Positions 1-13,700 of a DNA stretch of 64,000 nt are shown here, one piece after another. The notes beneath the pieces are model-generated. The model had not been told where the DNA came from. It made no database searches and saw only the letters and a list, made by a program, of their open reading frames with translations. The DNA comes from Octopus sinensis. Lineage: Eukaryota. The stretch's first letter is position 1, and every line of letters starts with the position of its first letter. Both the position numbers and the translations under genes were made by a program. The stretch is taken from contig NC_042997.1 of the NCBI RefSeq assembly GCF_006345805.1, positions 112,902,001-112,966,000 on the forward strand, written 5' to 3'.

Positions 1-2414
1 TCATCAGCTTTTGTAATCTCTGTACTACTATTCCACCAATCCCAACATTAGAAATAAAGAGGACCCCCCCCCCCATAATGATTTAAGATAAAGCACTCAA
101 TCTCACCGCTACACCCACCCTGTTCAGTGTTAAAGGGCTTTCACACCCATTTCCATTCCCCCATAAACATTTCTGAAGTTATTTATTTATTTTTTTTTTT
201 TTCAAAGTACAAGGGTCAAAATCTGACATGCACATAAAACTGGTGAGAGCTGAGGTCACCTTTCAGCTACATAGAGTTGTTTTTAAAATCTTTATCCCCT
301 ACTCATTAGATTGCATCATGGGATCCCTTCAGAAACCTTATCTAATTCTAAATATGTTAATATTATACTTACAACTGCTCGAACATGCAGTATCTAATGG
401 CTTGTCATTGTTTTAACATCCACTTCTCCATGCTTGCATGGGTTGGGCAGAATTTGTTGAGACACATTTTCTATGACTGGATGCTCTTCCTGTTGCCAAC
501 CTGACCTGTTTGCAAGTAATGTAATATTTCCTCATGGCTAGACATGTTCTTAAAGAATATTGGAAAAGAATTTATATTCTCATTCCTGTACCCTGAGAGT
601 ATACCCAGGCACATTGCCACCATCTCACTCACTCTTGTTCTCTTCCACTCTTGATTTCTCTCTCTTTCTCTCTCTGACTAGATAATCATGTATTTCCTCT
701 ACAGCAAGGCACCTGCTTCTGTCCCTTTATCACACTCTGATCTCTCATCACCTAGCACAAAGCCACCACTGCCATCACTCCCCCTCTCAAAGAATCTTTA
801 TCGTGCAAGGTTTCTATGGCTGGCTGCCCTTCCTAATGCCAAACACTCCAAGAGTGTAGTGAGTGTTTTCTACGTGCCACCGGCACAGGTGCTGATGACC
901 CAACACCAGCATCGGCCACAACTATGGTCTCACTTTGTTTGGCAGGTCTACACAAGTACAGTATACGACCAAGAGTCTCTGTCACCTGTCACTGCCTCCA
1001 TGAGGCCCAAGGCTCAAACGGTGCTTTTTTGCATGCCACTGGTTCAAAATTAATAGAAACAAAGGCATTGAATTTCACTAGAAATATGGTAACAATGCAT
1101 TGTTATAAATCAGACGAGGCTGTATTTTAATACAAATACGAGAGTTCTGCAATGGCTGCTTGTTATGCTAGATCCAAGACAGCTAAAAATAAATTTCAAA
1201 TTGACCTGGAAATCTTATTTTATTCATATAGCTTTTGGTCTGCAACCATGTTGGGGCATTACTTTAAAGGGTTTTTTTTTTAGTTGTGGAAACTGACCCT
1301 AGACTTTTTTTTTTTAAGTTTGGTACTTGTTCCATCAGTGTCTTCTCTGCCAAATTCCTCAGTTCCTTCTTCTTGGCTATTCTGTTCTTGAGTAATGAGT
1401 GTGGGTGTGTTTATGTCCTTGTAACAGCAGTTTGGCAAAAGAGACTAATAGAATCTTAAAGAAAAAAAAATAATGATAATAATAAAAGTACCAGAGTCAA
1501 TTCATTTTGAGTGAAATTCCCTAACATGGTACTGCAGCATGGCCATAGTCTTATGACTGAAACGAAAGATAAAACACAATGTAAAATCAATTTTTTTTAT
1601 TTTGTATGAAATTTCTTTGATGGTTGACTCGGCTAGAGCACACCATTTTTAAATGTGTGTAGTGGTTTACAGCCATTACTTCATTCAATCAATTTTAAAT
1701 GTATATCGCATTAATTTCTCTATGACACCTTATTTTCACTGTTTCCTTTATTTGATTTGTGAGTTTTGATTAATTCCCACACCCCACCCTTCACTTTGTA
1801 GTGATTGACAATTATCTGATTAAACGAGAGTTAATTAGTTACTGCTTATCCACCATCATCCATCCAAATACTTTAAATAACTACTCCTGAGGGTCGAAAA
1901 GATCTTTTCTCACAACCTCCCTGATTGCCTTAAGTAATATCAATGTAAATTATGCCAAGCCCATAGCTTAATTGACAGCATGTTCTCTATCGTGTATTCA
2001 TTCTGCTGAAATAATTGCTCACAATAACAAATTAAATATTTCGTCTCTCTCACGCAACGTACTTATTTCTAATCATGATTCGTATGTGAAAAAACACAAA
2101 AGGGTTGTATGTACACCATCGCATAATCTACATAAAGGCAAGATAGACTAACCTCATCGTGAAATATATTTATCTTTTATCTGTTTAATAACGTAAATCA
2201 AAGCTGCACGATGACTCAACCAGAGAGAGATAGAGGAGAATCGTATTACTGTTTAATGACTTAGGAAGCGAAATATCTGAGAATGAGTCGGAGAGGATTA
2301 CAAACCAGTGTCTTGTACAACCTGTCTTTGGCAATTTGATCTCATCCACCCTTTGCTGCAGTTTTAGAAAGGCAATTTTCATGGTATTCTGACAATTACA
2401 CAAGTTGTTTTTAT

Positions 2415-2630
2415 GAGCTGGCAGAAACGTTAGCGTGCCGGGCGAAATGCTTTGCAGTATTTCGTCTGTCATTACGTTCTGAGTTCAAATTCTGCCGAGG
2501 TCGACTTTGCCTTTCATCCTCTCGGGGTCGATAAATAAAGTACCAGTTTTGCACTGGATCGATGTAATCGACTTAATCCCTTTGTCCTTGTTTGTCCCCT
2601 CTATGTTTAGCCCCTTGTGGGCAATAAATA
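2415..2630 (+). mobile_element. SINE family B with Deu/Nin-like core (copies ~3945-4140, 9245-9440, 9457-9660, 41550-41760, 45079-45460 on +; 17236-17465, 31160-31385, 33300-33490, 36113-36354, 45964-46378 on -)
   Basis: Recurrent GAGCTGGCAGAAACGTTAGC...GAGTTCAAATTC...GTCGACTTTGCCTTTCATCCTTTCGGGGTCGATAAA..AAGTACCAG; the core-domain name is from memory. Confidence 0.8.
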
Positions 2631-4354
2631 AATATATATTGCCCTCTTCCATTGAGATTTTTTCTTAGTTTCAACAAAAATGTTCCTCAATATATTTATT
2701 ATCACTTTGCCCCCAAAGGATCTTGCATTTAATAACCATCACAATATATTTTGTTTATTTATCTTAGTTTAAAGCCAATTTAAATTCTAATTGGACAAAT
2801 GAATCGAGCATTTTTAGACATCAAACTAATTCAGTTTGGTCTTCATCCCATTACACAAAGTCTTGGAAATATTTATAAACAGGGAAAATACATACAATTA
2901 GAAGCTGTTGAAGGTGTAATAAAAAAAAAAAAAGACATCACTTACAGTCAAGAGAAACTGTAAAAGGTTGGCATCAGCATAAGTATATGTGGCTGAGGAA
3001 TCATTGATATTATAAGGGACAAAGAGAAATAAGCAATTTGAGGAATATTGAGACAACAGATTTGGATTTTGATGGCTTGGCATCCAAAGCAATTGATGTA
3101 GTTGATAAGGCTTTAAGATGGGGTTTTAGGGGGTAGGGTGATACAGCTACACAAGTTCCCTAAAGTGATTTTCAGGATGTGTATTTTATGGTGGATGAAA
3201 GGAAGTTTCTATCAAAGAATTATGAGTGGTTTCAAGTCACTATGAAAGGAGTTGAATAAAATTTCATGTTGTTCCTGACAACAGATTACAATTTTGAGAT
3301 TCTATATACCATTTCAATCTTGGTATTTTGGGCATATTGTCATACCTGAAATTCTTCAATTTTTGCTCATAATATTGAAATGAAATATTTTCATATTCAC
3401 AAAATTCCTTCCTTACAGATGCAGAAAATACATTTTTAGATACAGCCTCCAGCCATAGAAGCTGAGATGCTTAAAATATCTGGTGGTGTGGGTTATGGTC
3501 TAGTGACCCGTACTGTAAATTGGGTAGTTGGAGTCTGGTGCAGCTTGCCAGCTCTGGTCAGATCGTCCAACCCATGCCAATATGGACAACAAACTTACTA
3601 TCTTCCAAGCCTAATTCATATTTCTTTTGCTTGCTATATCCACTGTGGTGGTGTTTGTAAATATTTCCCCCCACATATTTCAGGGTATCTTTTTATCATA
3701 ACAAGCAGTTACCACAGTGCAATGCTGGAAGTGATTCTAAATGTATCAATGTCTTTGAATTCCGAGAATGCTACAGATTGCTTGATTTTTAGCCAGAGAA
3801 ATATTAAAATGTTCTCTTGTATGATGGTGTCACTACAGAAATACATTCATTCATTAGTAGGGTTAATTTTAACATTTTGGCTGAAATGAGTTTCCAGGGC
3901 TGTTGCATAGTGAACAATACAATAGTTAGTGTATTGGTGGTGAGCCAGTCGCATTGTTAGCACATCAAGCAAAATGCTTAGCATTTCATCTGTCTTTACG
4001 TTCTGAGTTCAAATTCCACCAAGATCAATTTTACCTGTTATCCTTTCATGGTCAAATAAGTACCAGTTGAGCACTGACGTTGACATACTCAGCTTGTCCC
4101 CACCCCTGAAATTGTTGGCCTTGGGCCAAAATCTGAAACCAATGTAATAATTAGTGGGTTTGTTCTGAGAGGAATTTAAGACTTGAATCAGAAATATATG
4201 TATAGAATTTATTTATTAACAAACACCTTAGTCCATTTCAGTAGGTCCTGTGAGAATGAAATGGTGAAATGGATTGAAGCCTCTCAAAGGCCACTTGATA
4301 AATTTAAGTTCATATTTGAATTATGGTATTCCTGGTTCCATACTGGTATTATTC

Positions 4355-4384
<30 letters not shown>

Positions 4385-4386
<2 letters not shown>

Positions 4387-4670
4387 CATCATCATCATCC
4401 AGTGTTTTAAATTCGGATTTTGTCCCTGTTAACAGAGGTGGCCAGCTCAATGCCATAGCAACTGCCTTCACACCGTCTCGCCATCTTGCCCTGTTTTGGG
4501 CGTCCTCCCTTCTGAAGCCAACCCTCCCAATCTCCTCCTCCACCTATCCCCCTCCACATTTCCCTCAATCTACTTTGCTTTCTCAGTCCATTTACCTCAA
4601 ACTCAAGCACCCTCCTCAGAACATGTTCCTCATCCCTCTTCAACACATGCTCATACCACCACATATTTGT
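4385..4670 (-). mobile_element. 3' end of a second RTE-like family (another copy at ~8148-8430)
   Basis: WYEHVLKRDEEHVLRRVLEFEVNG.RK..R..EMW; ends TTTAAAACACTGGATGATGATGAT. Confidence 0.75.
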
Positions 4671-5220
4671 GTGTGTGTGAAATAAATGTCAGAGATACTT
4701 TGCCTCCTGCAGGAGCTGCTCAGAGGTTTTCCAATCACTTCTAAATCCATTCTAATACAGGAAACTCTACATATATATATCATCATCATCAACATCCTCG
4801 TTTAACATTTGCTTTCCATGCTGGCATGGGTTGGACGATTTGGCTGAGGACTGGCGAACCAGATGGCTGCACCAGGCTCCAGTCTTGATCTGGCAGAGTT
4901 TCTACAGCTGGATGCCCTTCCTAACACCAACCACTCCGAGTGTGTAGTGGATGCTTTTTACGTGCCACCGGCACAGGGGCCAGTCTAGCAGTACTGGCAA
5001 TGGCCACGCTTGAAATGGTGTTTTTTATGTGCCACCTGCACGGGGCCAGTCAGGCGGTACTGGCAACGACCTAGCTCGAATCTTTTTACACATGCCACCG
5101 GCACAGGTGCCAGTAAGGCAATGCTGGTAACAATCACACGATGCTACCCACCCCCACCACCAATACCGAATATCTCTATTTTGCTCCAACTATACCGGAT
5201 GTCGTTTCTCTCACCACCAT

Positions 5221-6300
5221 TATAGGTGTCTACTCTTTGAACCCCCCTCTTCAATACGCTATTTCACCATGCATTACCCCTCTCTCGATATCCTACGTTC
5301 TACTTGCCTAGAACCTTTCCTCTGAACCACCCCTCCCACTGGTGCTCCCCTATATTTCTGCACCCCACCACCATTATAGGTGTCTACTCTTTGAACCCCC
5401 CTCTTCATACGCTATTTCAGCATGCATTACCCCTCTCTCGATATCCTACGTTCTACTTGCCTAGAACCTGTCCTCTGAACCCCCCTCCCACTGGTGTTCC
5501 CCTATATTTCTGCACCCCCCCACCACCATTGTAGGTGTCTACTCTTTGAACCCCCCTCTTCAATACGCTATTTCAGCATGCATTACCCCTCTCCGATATC
5601 TACGTTCTACTTGCCTAGAACCTGTCCTCTGAACCACCCCTCCCACTGGTGCTCCCCTATATTTCTGCACCCCCCCACCACCATTATAGGTGTCTACTCT
5701 TTGAACCCCCCCTTCAATACGCTATTTCACCATGCATTACCCCTCTCTCGATATCCTACGTTCTACTTGCCTAGAACCTGTCCTCTGAACACCCCTCCCA
5801 CTGGTGTTCCCCTATATTTCTGCACCCCCCCACCACCGCCATTATAGGTGTCTACTCTTGAACCCCCCTCTTCAATACGCTATTTCACCATGCATTACCT
5901 CTCTCTCGATATCCTACGTTCTACTTGCCTAGAACTTGTCCTCTGAACTACCCCTCCCACTGGTGCTCCCCTATATTTCTGCACCCCCCCACCACCATTA
6001 TAGGTGTCTACTCTTTGAACCCCCCTCTTCAATACGCTATTTCACCATGCATTACCCTCTCTCGATATCCTACGTTCTACTTGCCTAAACCTGTCTCTGA
6101 ACCACCCCTCCCACTGGTGCTCCCCTATATTTTTGCACCGCCCCACCACCATTATAGGTGTCTACTATTGAAGCCCCCTCTTCAATACGCTATTTCACCA
6201 TGCATTACCCCTCTCTCGGTATCCTACGTTCTACTTGCCTAGTACCTGTCCTCTGAACCATCCCTCCCACTGGTGCCCCCTATATTTCTGCACCCCCCCA
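5221..6300. repeat. Minisatellite, seven tandem units of ~156 bp
   Basis: T(A/G)TAGGTGTCTACT starts at 5221, 5375, 5530, 5685, 5843, 5999, 6153. Confidence 0.92.
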
Positions 6301-6539
6301 TAAAAAGCACCATCCGAACGTGCCGATGCCAGACCCCTCTGGCACCTGTGCAGGTGGCACGTAAAAAACACCCACTACACTCGCGGAGTGTTGGCGTTAG
6401 GAAGGGCATCCAGCTGTAGAAACACTGCCAGACTAGACTGAGCCTGGGGCAGTCCCGAGCTCCCCAGCCCCCGGTCGAAAAACCGTCCAACCGTGCTAGC
6501 GCGGAAAACGGACGTTAAATGATGATGATGATGATGATG

Positions 6540-6559
6540 ATATATATATATATATATTC

Positions 6560-6593
<34 letters not shown>

Positions 6594-6695
6594 ATTATAT
6601 AATATTCAAATAATAGATATATATATATATTATATATATATATATATATATTCAATAATATTATATATATATATATATAATATATATATATATAA

Positions 6696-6737
<42 letters not shown>

Positions 6738-6742
6738 TATAT

Positions 6743-6817
<75 letters not shown>

Positions 6818-6818
6818 A

Positions 6819-6852
<34 letters not shown>

Positions 6853-6854
6853 TC

Positions 6855-6896
<42 letters not shown>

Positions 6897-7000
6897 TATT
6901 ATATATATATAATATCATATATATATATTATTCATATATATATATATTATATATATATATATCATATAATATATATATATATATATATAATATATATATT

Positions 7001-7034
<34 letters not shown>

Positions 7035-7228
7035 TATTCATATTATATATATTCAATATTATATATAATATATATATATTCATAATTATATATATTCATA
7101 TATAATATATATATATATATTCATATATATATATATTCATATATATATATATATATATATATTCATATATATAATATATATATATATATTATATATAGAT
7201 ATATTATATATTCATATATATATATATA
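6540..7228. repeat. Long imperfect (AT)n microsatellite
   Basis: Direct reading. Confidence 0.97.
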
Positions 7229-7556
7229 TGGCTCAGTGGTTAGAGCGTCGAGCTTACGATCGTGAGGTTGTGAGCTCGAATCCCGGACCGGGCTGCGTGT
7301 TGTGTTCTTGAGCAAAGCACTTTATTTCACGTTGCTCCAGTTCACTCAGCTGTAGAAATAAGTTGCGACGTCACTGGTGCCAAGCTGTATCGACCATTGT
7401 CTTTCCCTTGGATAACACTGGTGGCGTGGAGAGGGGAGGCTGGTATGCATGGGCAAATGCTGGTCTTCCATAAACCCTGCCCGGACTTGTGTCTAGGAGG
7501 GTAACTTTCTAGGTGCAATCCCATGGTCATTCATGACCGAAGGGGGTCTTTTTACT
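7229..7556 (+). mobile_element. tRNA-derived SINE family A (copies at 15265-15598 +, 27018-27285 +, 16710-17190 - with an internal ~72-bp triplication)
   Basis: A box TGGCTCAGTGG, B box GAGCTCGAATCC/GTTTGAATCC; 7229 and 15265 copies are nearly identical. Confidence 0.85.
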
Positions 7557-10500
7557 TTATTCATCCATGCATTTCTTTTTCCATGCTAGCATGGATTACA
7601 CAAATATATTATCAAGCTATAAATGCACGCATGCACACACACACACAACTGGCAGCTTTCAATTTCCATTTACCAATTCCACTCACACAGCTTTGGTCAG
7701 CTTAGGCTATAGTAGAAGGTGCTGCACAGTGGGGCCGAACCCAAAACCACATGGTTGGGAAGCAGGCTTCTTAACTATGCAGTCATACCTAGCCTCCACC
7801 TAGCAGCATGTCTGCCCAAACTTTCTCTAGTGATTACATTTTGGTTTTAAGCCAAAACGACGTGGGCATGCAACCAGAGCCTGATTTTATCTTCATCAAG
7901 ATTACTTGTTAAGTGATGTCTGAATTAGTTGCATGACGAGCCGGTGGTGCTTTGACTAACATCAGCATTGCAGCACAAACGCATACAAATATGTAATTTA
8001 TGTTGTAATGAAATGTTAATTTTTGTCAAATCATCAATACTAATACATAGTCTTTTGGACTAAATTTTTACACGTTAGGCCACTGGAAATGACAGTTTTA
8101 ATTAATTTCCATTTCCCTTTGATATGATTAAGTATATATATATATATCATATCATCATCATCATCCAGTGTTTTAAATTCAGGTTTTGTCCCTGTTAATG
8201 GAGGTGGCCAGATCTACCTCAATGCCATAGCAACCACCCTCACACTGTCTCGCCATCTTGCCTTGTTTTCGGCATCCTCCCTTCTGAAGCCAACCCTCCT
8301 GATCACCCCCTCCACATTTCCCTCGGTCTACCTTGCTTTCTCGGTCCATTTACCTCAAACTCAAGCAGCCTCCTCAGAACATGTTCTTCATCCCTCCTCA
8401 ACACATGCCCATACCACTGCATATATGCATTGCAGCATGAACGCATACAAATATGTATTTTATGTTGTAATGAAATGTTAATTTTTGTCAAATCATCAAT
8501 ACTGTCTGCAACCTGTGTAAGTTTGGTTCCGTATTCACTCACTTGTGCCTTGAGAGTATGCTCTGGCACCTCATCAGCTTTATCATCTTTCCAGCTACTC
8601 TCACCTCATCCTTATATAATGTAAGGTAGCCCAGTATCTCCTCTATAAGCAGGACATCTATGCTTGTCCTGCTGTCATACTTTAACTCAGTCATTCCCAA
8701 AGTGGGCGGTATTGTGCCATTGGGGGCAGTGGAAAATTCCAAGGGAGCATTCAAAAAAGGGGGGTAATAATGGGATAGCTATTCATGTAAAGACAATAAA
8801 ATAATGGGTGCAAGTTTTTATTTGCTAATTACAGTTGCTTTGAATTTGCTTTAGAAAGAGGTCTATGTTTGTGATTGTTAGTTGGAGTGGGGGGCACAAG
8901 GAATGTGACCTAGGTGTCAAGGGGCAACAGCCCAAAAAAGTTTGGGAACCACTGCTTAACCTTTCAACATTCAGCAAAAAGCCACCTCTTTCTCATTCTC
9001 CTTCATGCACCCCTCATTCATCTTCATGCCAAAGCAGACCTCACTGGTTGCTGAAAAGTACCCAGTACACTCTTTAAAGTGGTTGGCATTAGGAGAGGCA
9101 TCTAGTGATAGAAGCCATGCCAAAACAGACAAATGGAACTCAACTCACTCCTGTGGTTTGTTAGATCCTGACAAACCATCAAACCCATTGCCGGTATGGA
9201 AAATAGAGATTGAACGATGATGACTATTATTATTATATGATGGTGAGCTGGCAGAATTGTTAACCTGCTGGACAAAATGCTTAGTGTCGCGATATTCTGA
9301 GTTTAATTTCCACCGAGGTTGACGTTGCCTTTCATCCTTTCGGAGTTGCTAAAATAAGTACCAGTTTGAACACTGGGGTCAATGTAATCGACTCGTCCCC
9401 CCCTCCCAAATTGCTGCCCTTGTGGCAAACTTTGAAACCATTATTATTATCAAAGGCAGCAAGCTGGCAGAATTGTTAACACACTGGATAAAATACTTAA
9501 TAGTATTTCGCCGGTGGCTATGTTCTGAGTTCAAATTCTGCTGAGGTCGACTTTGCCTTTCATCATTTTGGAGTTCAATAAAATAAATACCAGTTGAACC
9601 CTGGGGTTGATGTAATCAACTCATCTCCACCTCCCCCAAACTGCCCTTGTGACAAAAATTCGAAACTATAATTATTATTATTCTCCTCCTCCTCGTCTTT
9701 TTGTAGTGCTAGGATTATAAAAAATCTTTCAATGAAGATTCATTTTCAAAACTTTTTAGTTGTAAGTTTTTGTAAATGTTTTAGATTTTGAGAGATGGAA
9801 AAAAATGAGAATTTTGGAATAACCTGTGTTTCTGAAAACTAAATTTGGTATAAAGATTTCAACAGGGAGTTTAAGGATTTCATTTTCCAGTTGCTACTTT
9901 GTCGCCATCATCCGCTTTTTCCTTGTTTGCATGCGTTGAATGGAATCTATTGAGGCAGATTTTCCGTGGCTTGATAATGTCCTCCTGTCACTAATCCTCA
10001 CCTGTTTCCAAGCAAGGTAACATTTCTCCTTGACCAGACATGTTTCTTCGAAGACTGGAAATGAACAACACCATTTGTATGATGGTGATGCTTGTTTACA
10101 ACCATAACATGATGTCAACACACGAACACACAATGACCGTCTTTCTCCATCTAACAAAACCTTTCTCAAAGCTTTGGCCAGCCTGTAGCTATAGAAGACA
10201 CCAGCCCAAGGTGCCACACAGTGGAATTGACCAAGCTCCTCAACCATGCAGTTATATGTGCACTAAAAATATATATATAAATTGAGGGAAATTTAGTAAT
10301 TGTTTTGTTTTTCCTTTAGTAAGGACTCTACCCGAACAAATTCGTACATCACGATTTTAAATGCTGAACTCTTGAAGTTGAACGAAGATATGTTCTTTCT
10401 TTCTTTTTTTAATTTGTTGGTAATTAATTTGAAATTAATACTTTTCTACTTATTACTATTTTCACAGGTTTAATCTCCATCTTCTGCATTTTTTTTTTTT

Positions 10501-10613
10501 TTGTAAATTAAAATTGTGTGAATATTATTTTAAGAATTTTTATTCAAAACTTTGCTTTTAACTTAAATTTCTATCAAAATGCTGTTTACTGAAGAATTTT
10601 TTTTTTTTTCCAG

Positions 10614-10721
10614 GAATGCATTCTCAGTGGCATGTTGTCAGTGGTTGGCAAACGAGTTCTTCACATGGATCGGAATAAATACTATGGAGGGGAGAGTGCA
10701 TCTATGACACCATTAGAAGAA
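10614..10721 (+). CDS. GDI: GDI exon (equivalent to vertebrate exon 2), [36 protein letters not shown]
   Basis: Poly-T tract + CAG acceptor at 10611-10613; GTGAGT donor at 10722; 108 nt, phase 0/0. Confidence 0.96.
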
Positions 10722-13700
10722 GTGAGTTTACTTTTGTATCTCTTCAATATTTCAGAATCTCATTTAACTTTAAATATTTTCTATTTTAATATATTTTCTA
10801 TTTAATATATACTTGGTGCGATTTGGTATTTCTTTAGCTTTTTCTTCATTTTACTAATTACAAATTAATTTTGTGGAAATTTTTACTGTAAATAACAAAG
10901 TCAAACAGTTTAATGGTTGTGTCTTGAATAAAAATAAAAACCTTTTATGGCAGTGAAAATATGATTTAAAATTATATATCTGTTAATCCCATTTCTCTGC
11001 CTTCTATTTGTGGGAGGGTTGTGTGGGGCAGAGTCCTTGAGCACCCCTTTAATAAGGTTCTCTCAGAAGCAATTGTTATTACACTTCCCGGGTCTGACCA
11101 GCTGGGTGTCACAATCATGAATATTGAGAACATCTCTGTCCGAGTTTGGTTTTAATGTCTGCTTTTCCTCATTAGCATGGGTTGGACAGGTCCTCATTTG
11201 AGGCCAAGTTTTACAACTGAACACTCTTTCCTATCACCGACCCTTACATGCTTCTCAAGTAAGAGATGTTTTTGTTCCACAGGTGTGCCAAGCAGGTAAT
11301 CATAATGTCAACAAAGGTTGTAAACATATGACAGTTTTACTCAAGTGGTGACAAGTGAAACCATAGGGATGTCAGCATTTGCACAGATTCACACATGTAT
11401 ACATGCATACATCATCATCATCATTTAACGTCCGCTTTCCATGCTAGCATGAGTTGGACGATTTGACTAAGGTCTGGCGAACTAGACTCCAATCTTGATC
11501 TGGCAGTTTCTACAGCTGGATGCCCTTCCTAACGCCAACCACTCCGAGAGTGTAATGGGTGCTTTTACGTGCCACTGGCACGAGGGCCAGTTTGGTGGTA
11601 CTGGCAACGGCCACACCCAAATGGTGCTTTTTATGTGCCACCTGCACAGGAGCCAGTCCAGTGGCACTGGCGACGACCTCGCTCTAATGTTTTTTTATGT
11701 GCCACCAGCACAAGTGCTAGTAAGGCAACGCGGTAACAATCACACTCGAATGGTGTGTTTAACGTGCCATCAGCACGAAGGCCAGCTTGTTGCTCTGGCA
11801 ATGATTATACATAAATACATTCACGCATATAGAAATATAACATGGCTCCTACAGTTTCTGTGTACCAAATTTGTCCATTAGGCATTGATGGGCCAGAGAT
11901 ATGTAGAAGGATTGAACCTGAAGCCATGTGGTTGCAAAAGGAGACTTTTTAACAATTTTCCGTGTGTAGGTGCACATACATACACATACACACAAAGATT
12001 TTGTGATAAAATTTCTAATTATATCACCTAATGTCCACTTTTCCAAGAAATATATGCTAGGAAGGGCTTCCAGCTGTAGAAATTCTACCTCAAAAAATTC
12101 TGTCCAACCATATATATACAGGATGCAATTGGTAAATTGTCATCATTTATATATTTTTAATATCACGCATGCACATTGTTTGTTTTTGATTTTGTTGACT
12201 ACATTGTATAGTAGGGTCAGTTGGGCATGGTCTGTGACAAAAACAGCAACATGCTGTACTGCTTGGCATTTACACCGGAAGCTCCAATACAAACATTTCA
12301 GAGTGTTTGGGTGTCAATCTGAGGACAGGGCAGAGGATTCGGAAAGAGGTAGTTGAATTTAATGGTGATTACGAAGGTACAGCAGCTTGCAAAACTCACT
12401 CTGATATTCTGATAAGAAAAGAACTCCTAAATTTGTTGGTGAGATCCAGGCCATGATTGACAACAATTCCTCCAAGTCAATCAGGTCCATTGCCAGGTAC
12501 ACGGGAGTGTCTGAGTTTCTTATCAGGCAGGTAATGCACAAAACATTCGGTATTCCTCATACAAGATGAGAAAAGGCCAATTTCTATCCCAAGCCATCAA
12601 GGGCAAAAGAAAACACTCCGCTAAGAAGCTTTTGAACAAACTAAAGTGACCCCGCCAACCGAACATAGTTTGGTTTTTCTCAGATGAGAAAAATTTCTCC
12701 TTAGATCAGATGGTGAGCAGTCAGAACAACCATTGGCTTGCCGTGCCCCCAAAACACACCGAGAGTGATAAAAATCAAACATCCAGTCAATATCATGGTG
12801 TTTGGAGTGATCACTAGTGATGGCGACGTTATGCCGCCATTCATCTTCCCAACCAGCCTCAGACTCAACACAGAAGCCTATATCAAGTGCCTGGAGAAGG
12901 TAGCACTGTCCTTGGTCAAGAGGGTGGCTGCTGGAAGATCCGTATCTGGCAACAGGACTCTGCACAATTTCAGCAACCACATCACCCCTAACATCTGGCC
13001 ACTTAACTCCCCAGATGTGTGGGGCGCAATTGAGCGAAAGACCAACAAAACTCCTTGTAACATCAAAGATGAAATGAAAGTAAAGATTATGAAAGCATTC
13101 ACTGACTTAAACAAGGAGGCTGTCCAGAAGAGTTGCAGGAGATTCCGAAGTTGTCTGGAGGCCATGGTTGAAGCCAATGGCGATTTTATTGAATAAATTT
13201 ACTCTAGTATTTCAAGATATTTTTATGCAATTTTGGTAAATATATCTGTTAAAATGAAATGTCAGTGTTATTTTCATTTTTGCATAATTTAGACAATTTA
13301 TTCACCACACCCTGTATATATATATATACATTTTTTTCTCTTTTTTTTTTAATCAATTTTATATATGCATTCAGATGAATATGGTACTTAAGTTGAGGCA
13401 CCAGAATTTAGTACAGTATTATCCATACAATTTCAAAATAAGGTGATTAAAATCAAAATAAGCAACAAGGATATCCAGAGGTAATGTAGTACGATTGTTT
13501 CAAGCAACTCCATTTAATTGAACAATGCAATCATTACATCAATTTAAATGCAGAGCAATCCTCAGCTGCATAAAGACAGAATTTAATTAAATTAAAACAG
13601 ATGGACACATTAGTATAATTTTACCTAAAATCTCCAAGAAGGTAAGGAGATAGACAGAGAACATGCTGTCTTCATCTGTTTTAATTTAATTAAATTCTAT

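Noticed and set aside
7229-7300. tRNA genes at SINE heads (7229, 15265, 23340, 34594)
   Set aside because: No acceptor stem or terminator; each continues into a repeated SINE body
1-10613. GDI first coding exon (MxEEYDVIVLGTGL-like)
   Set aside because: No matching 45-nt exon found by eye; probably upstream of the window. AG-preceded segments near 10320 and 10468 do not encode it.
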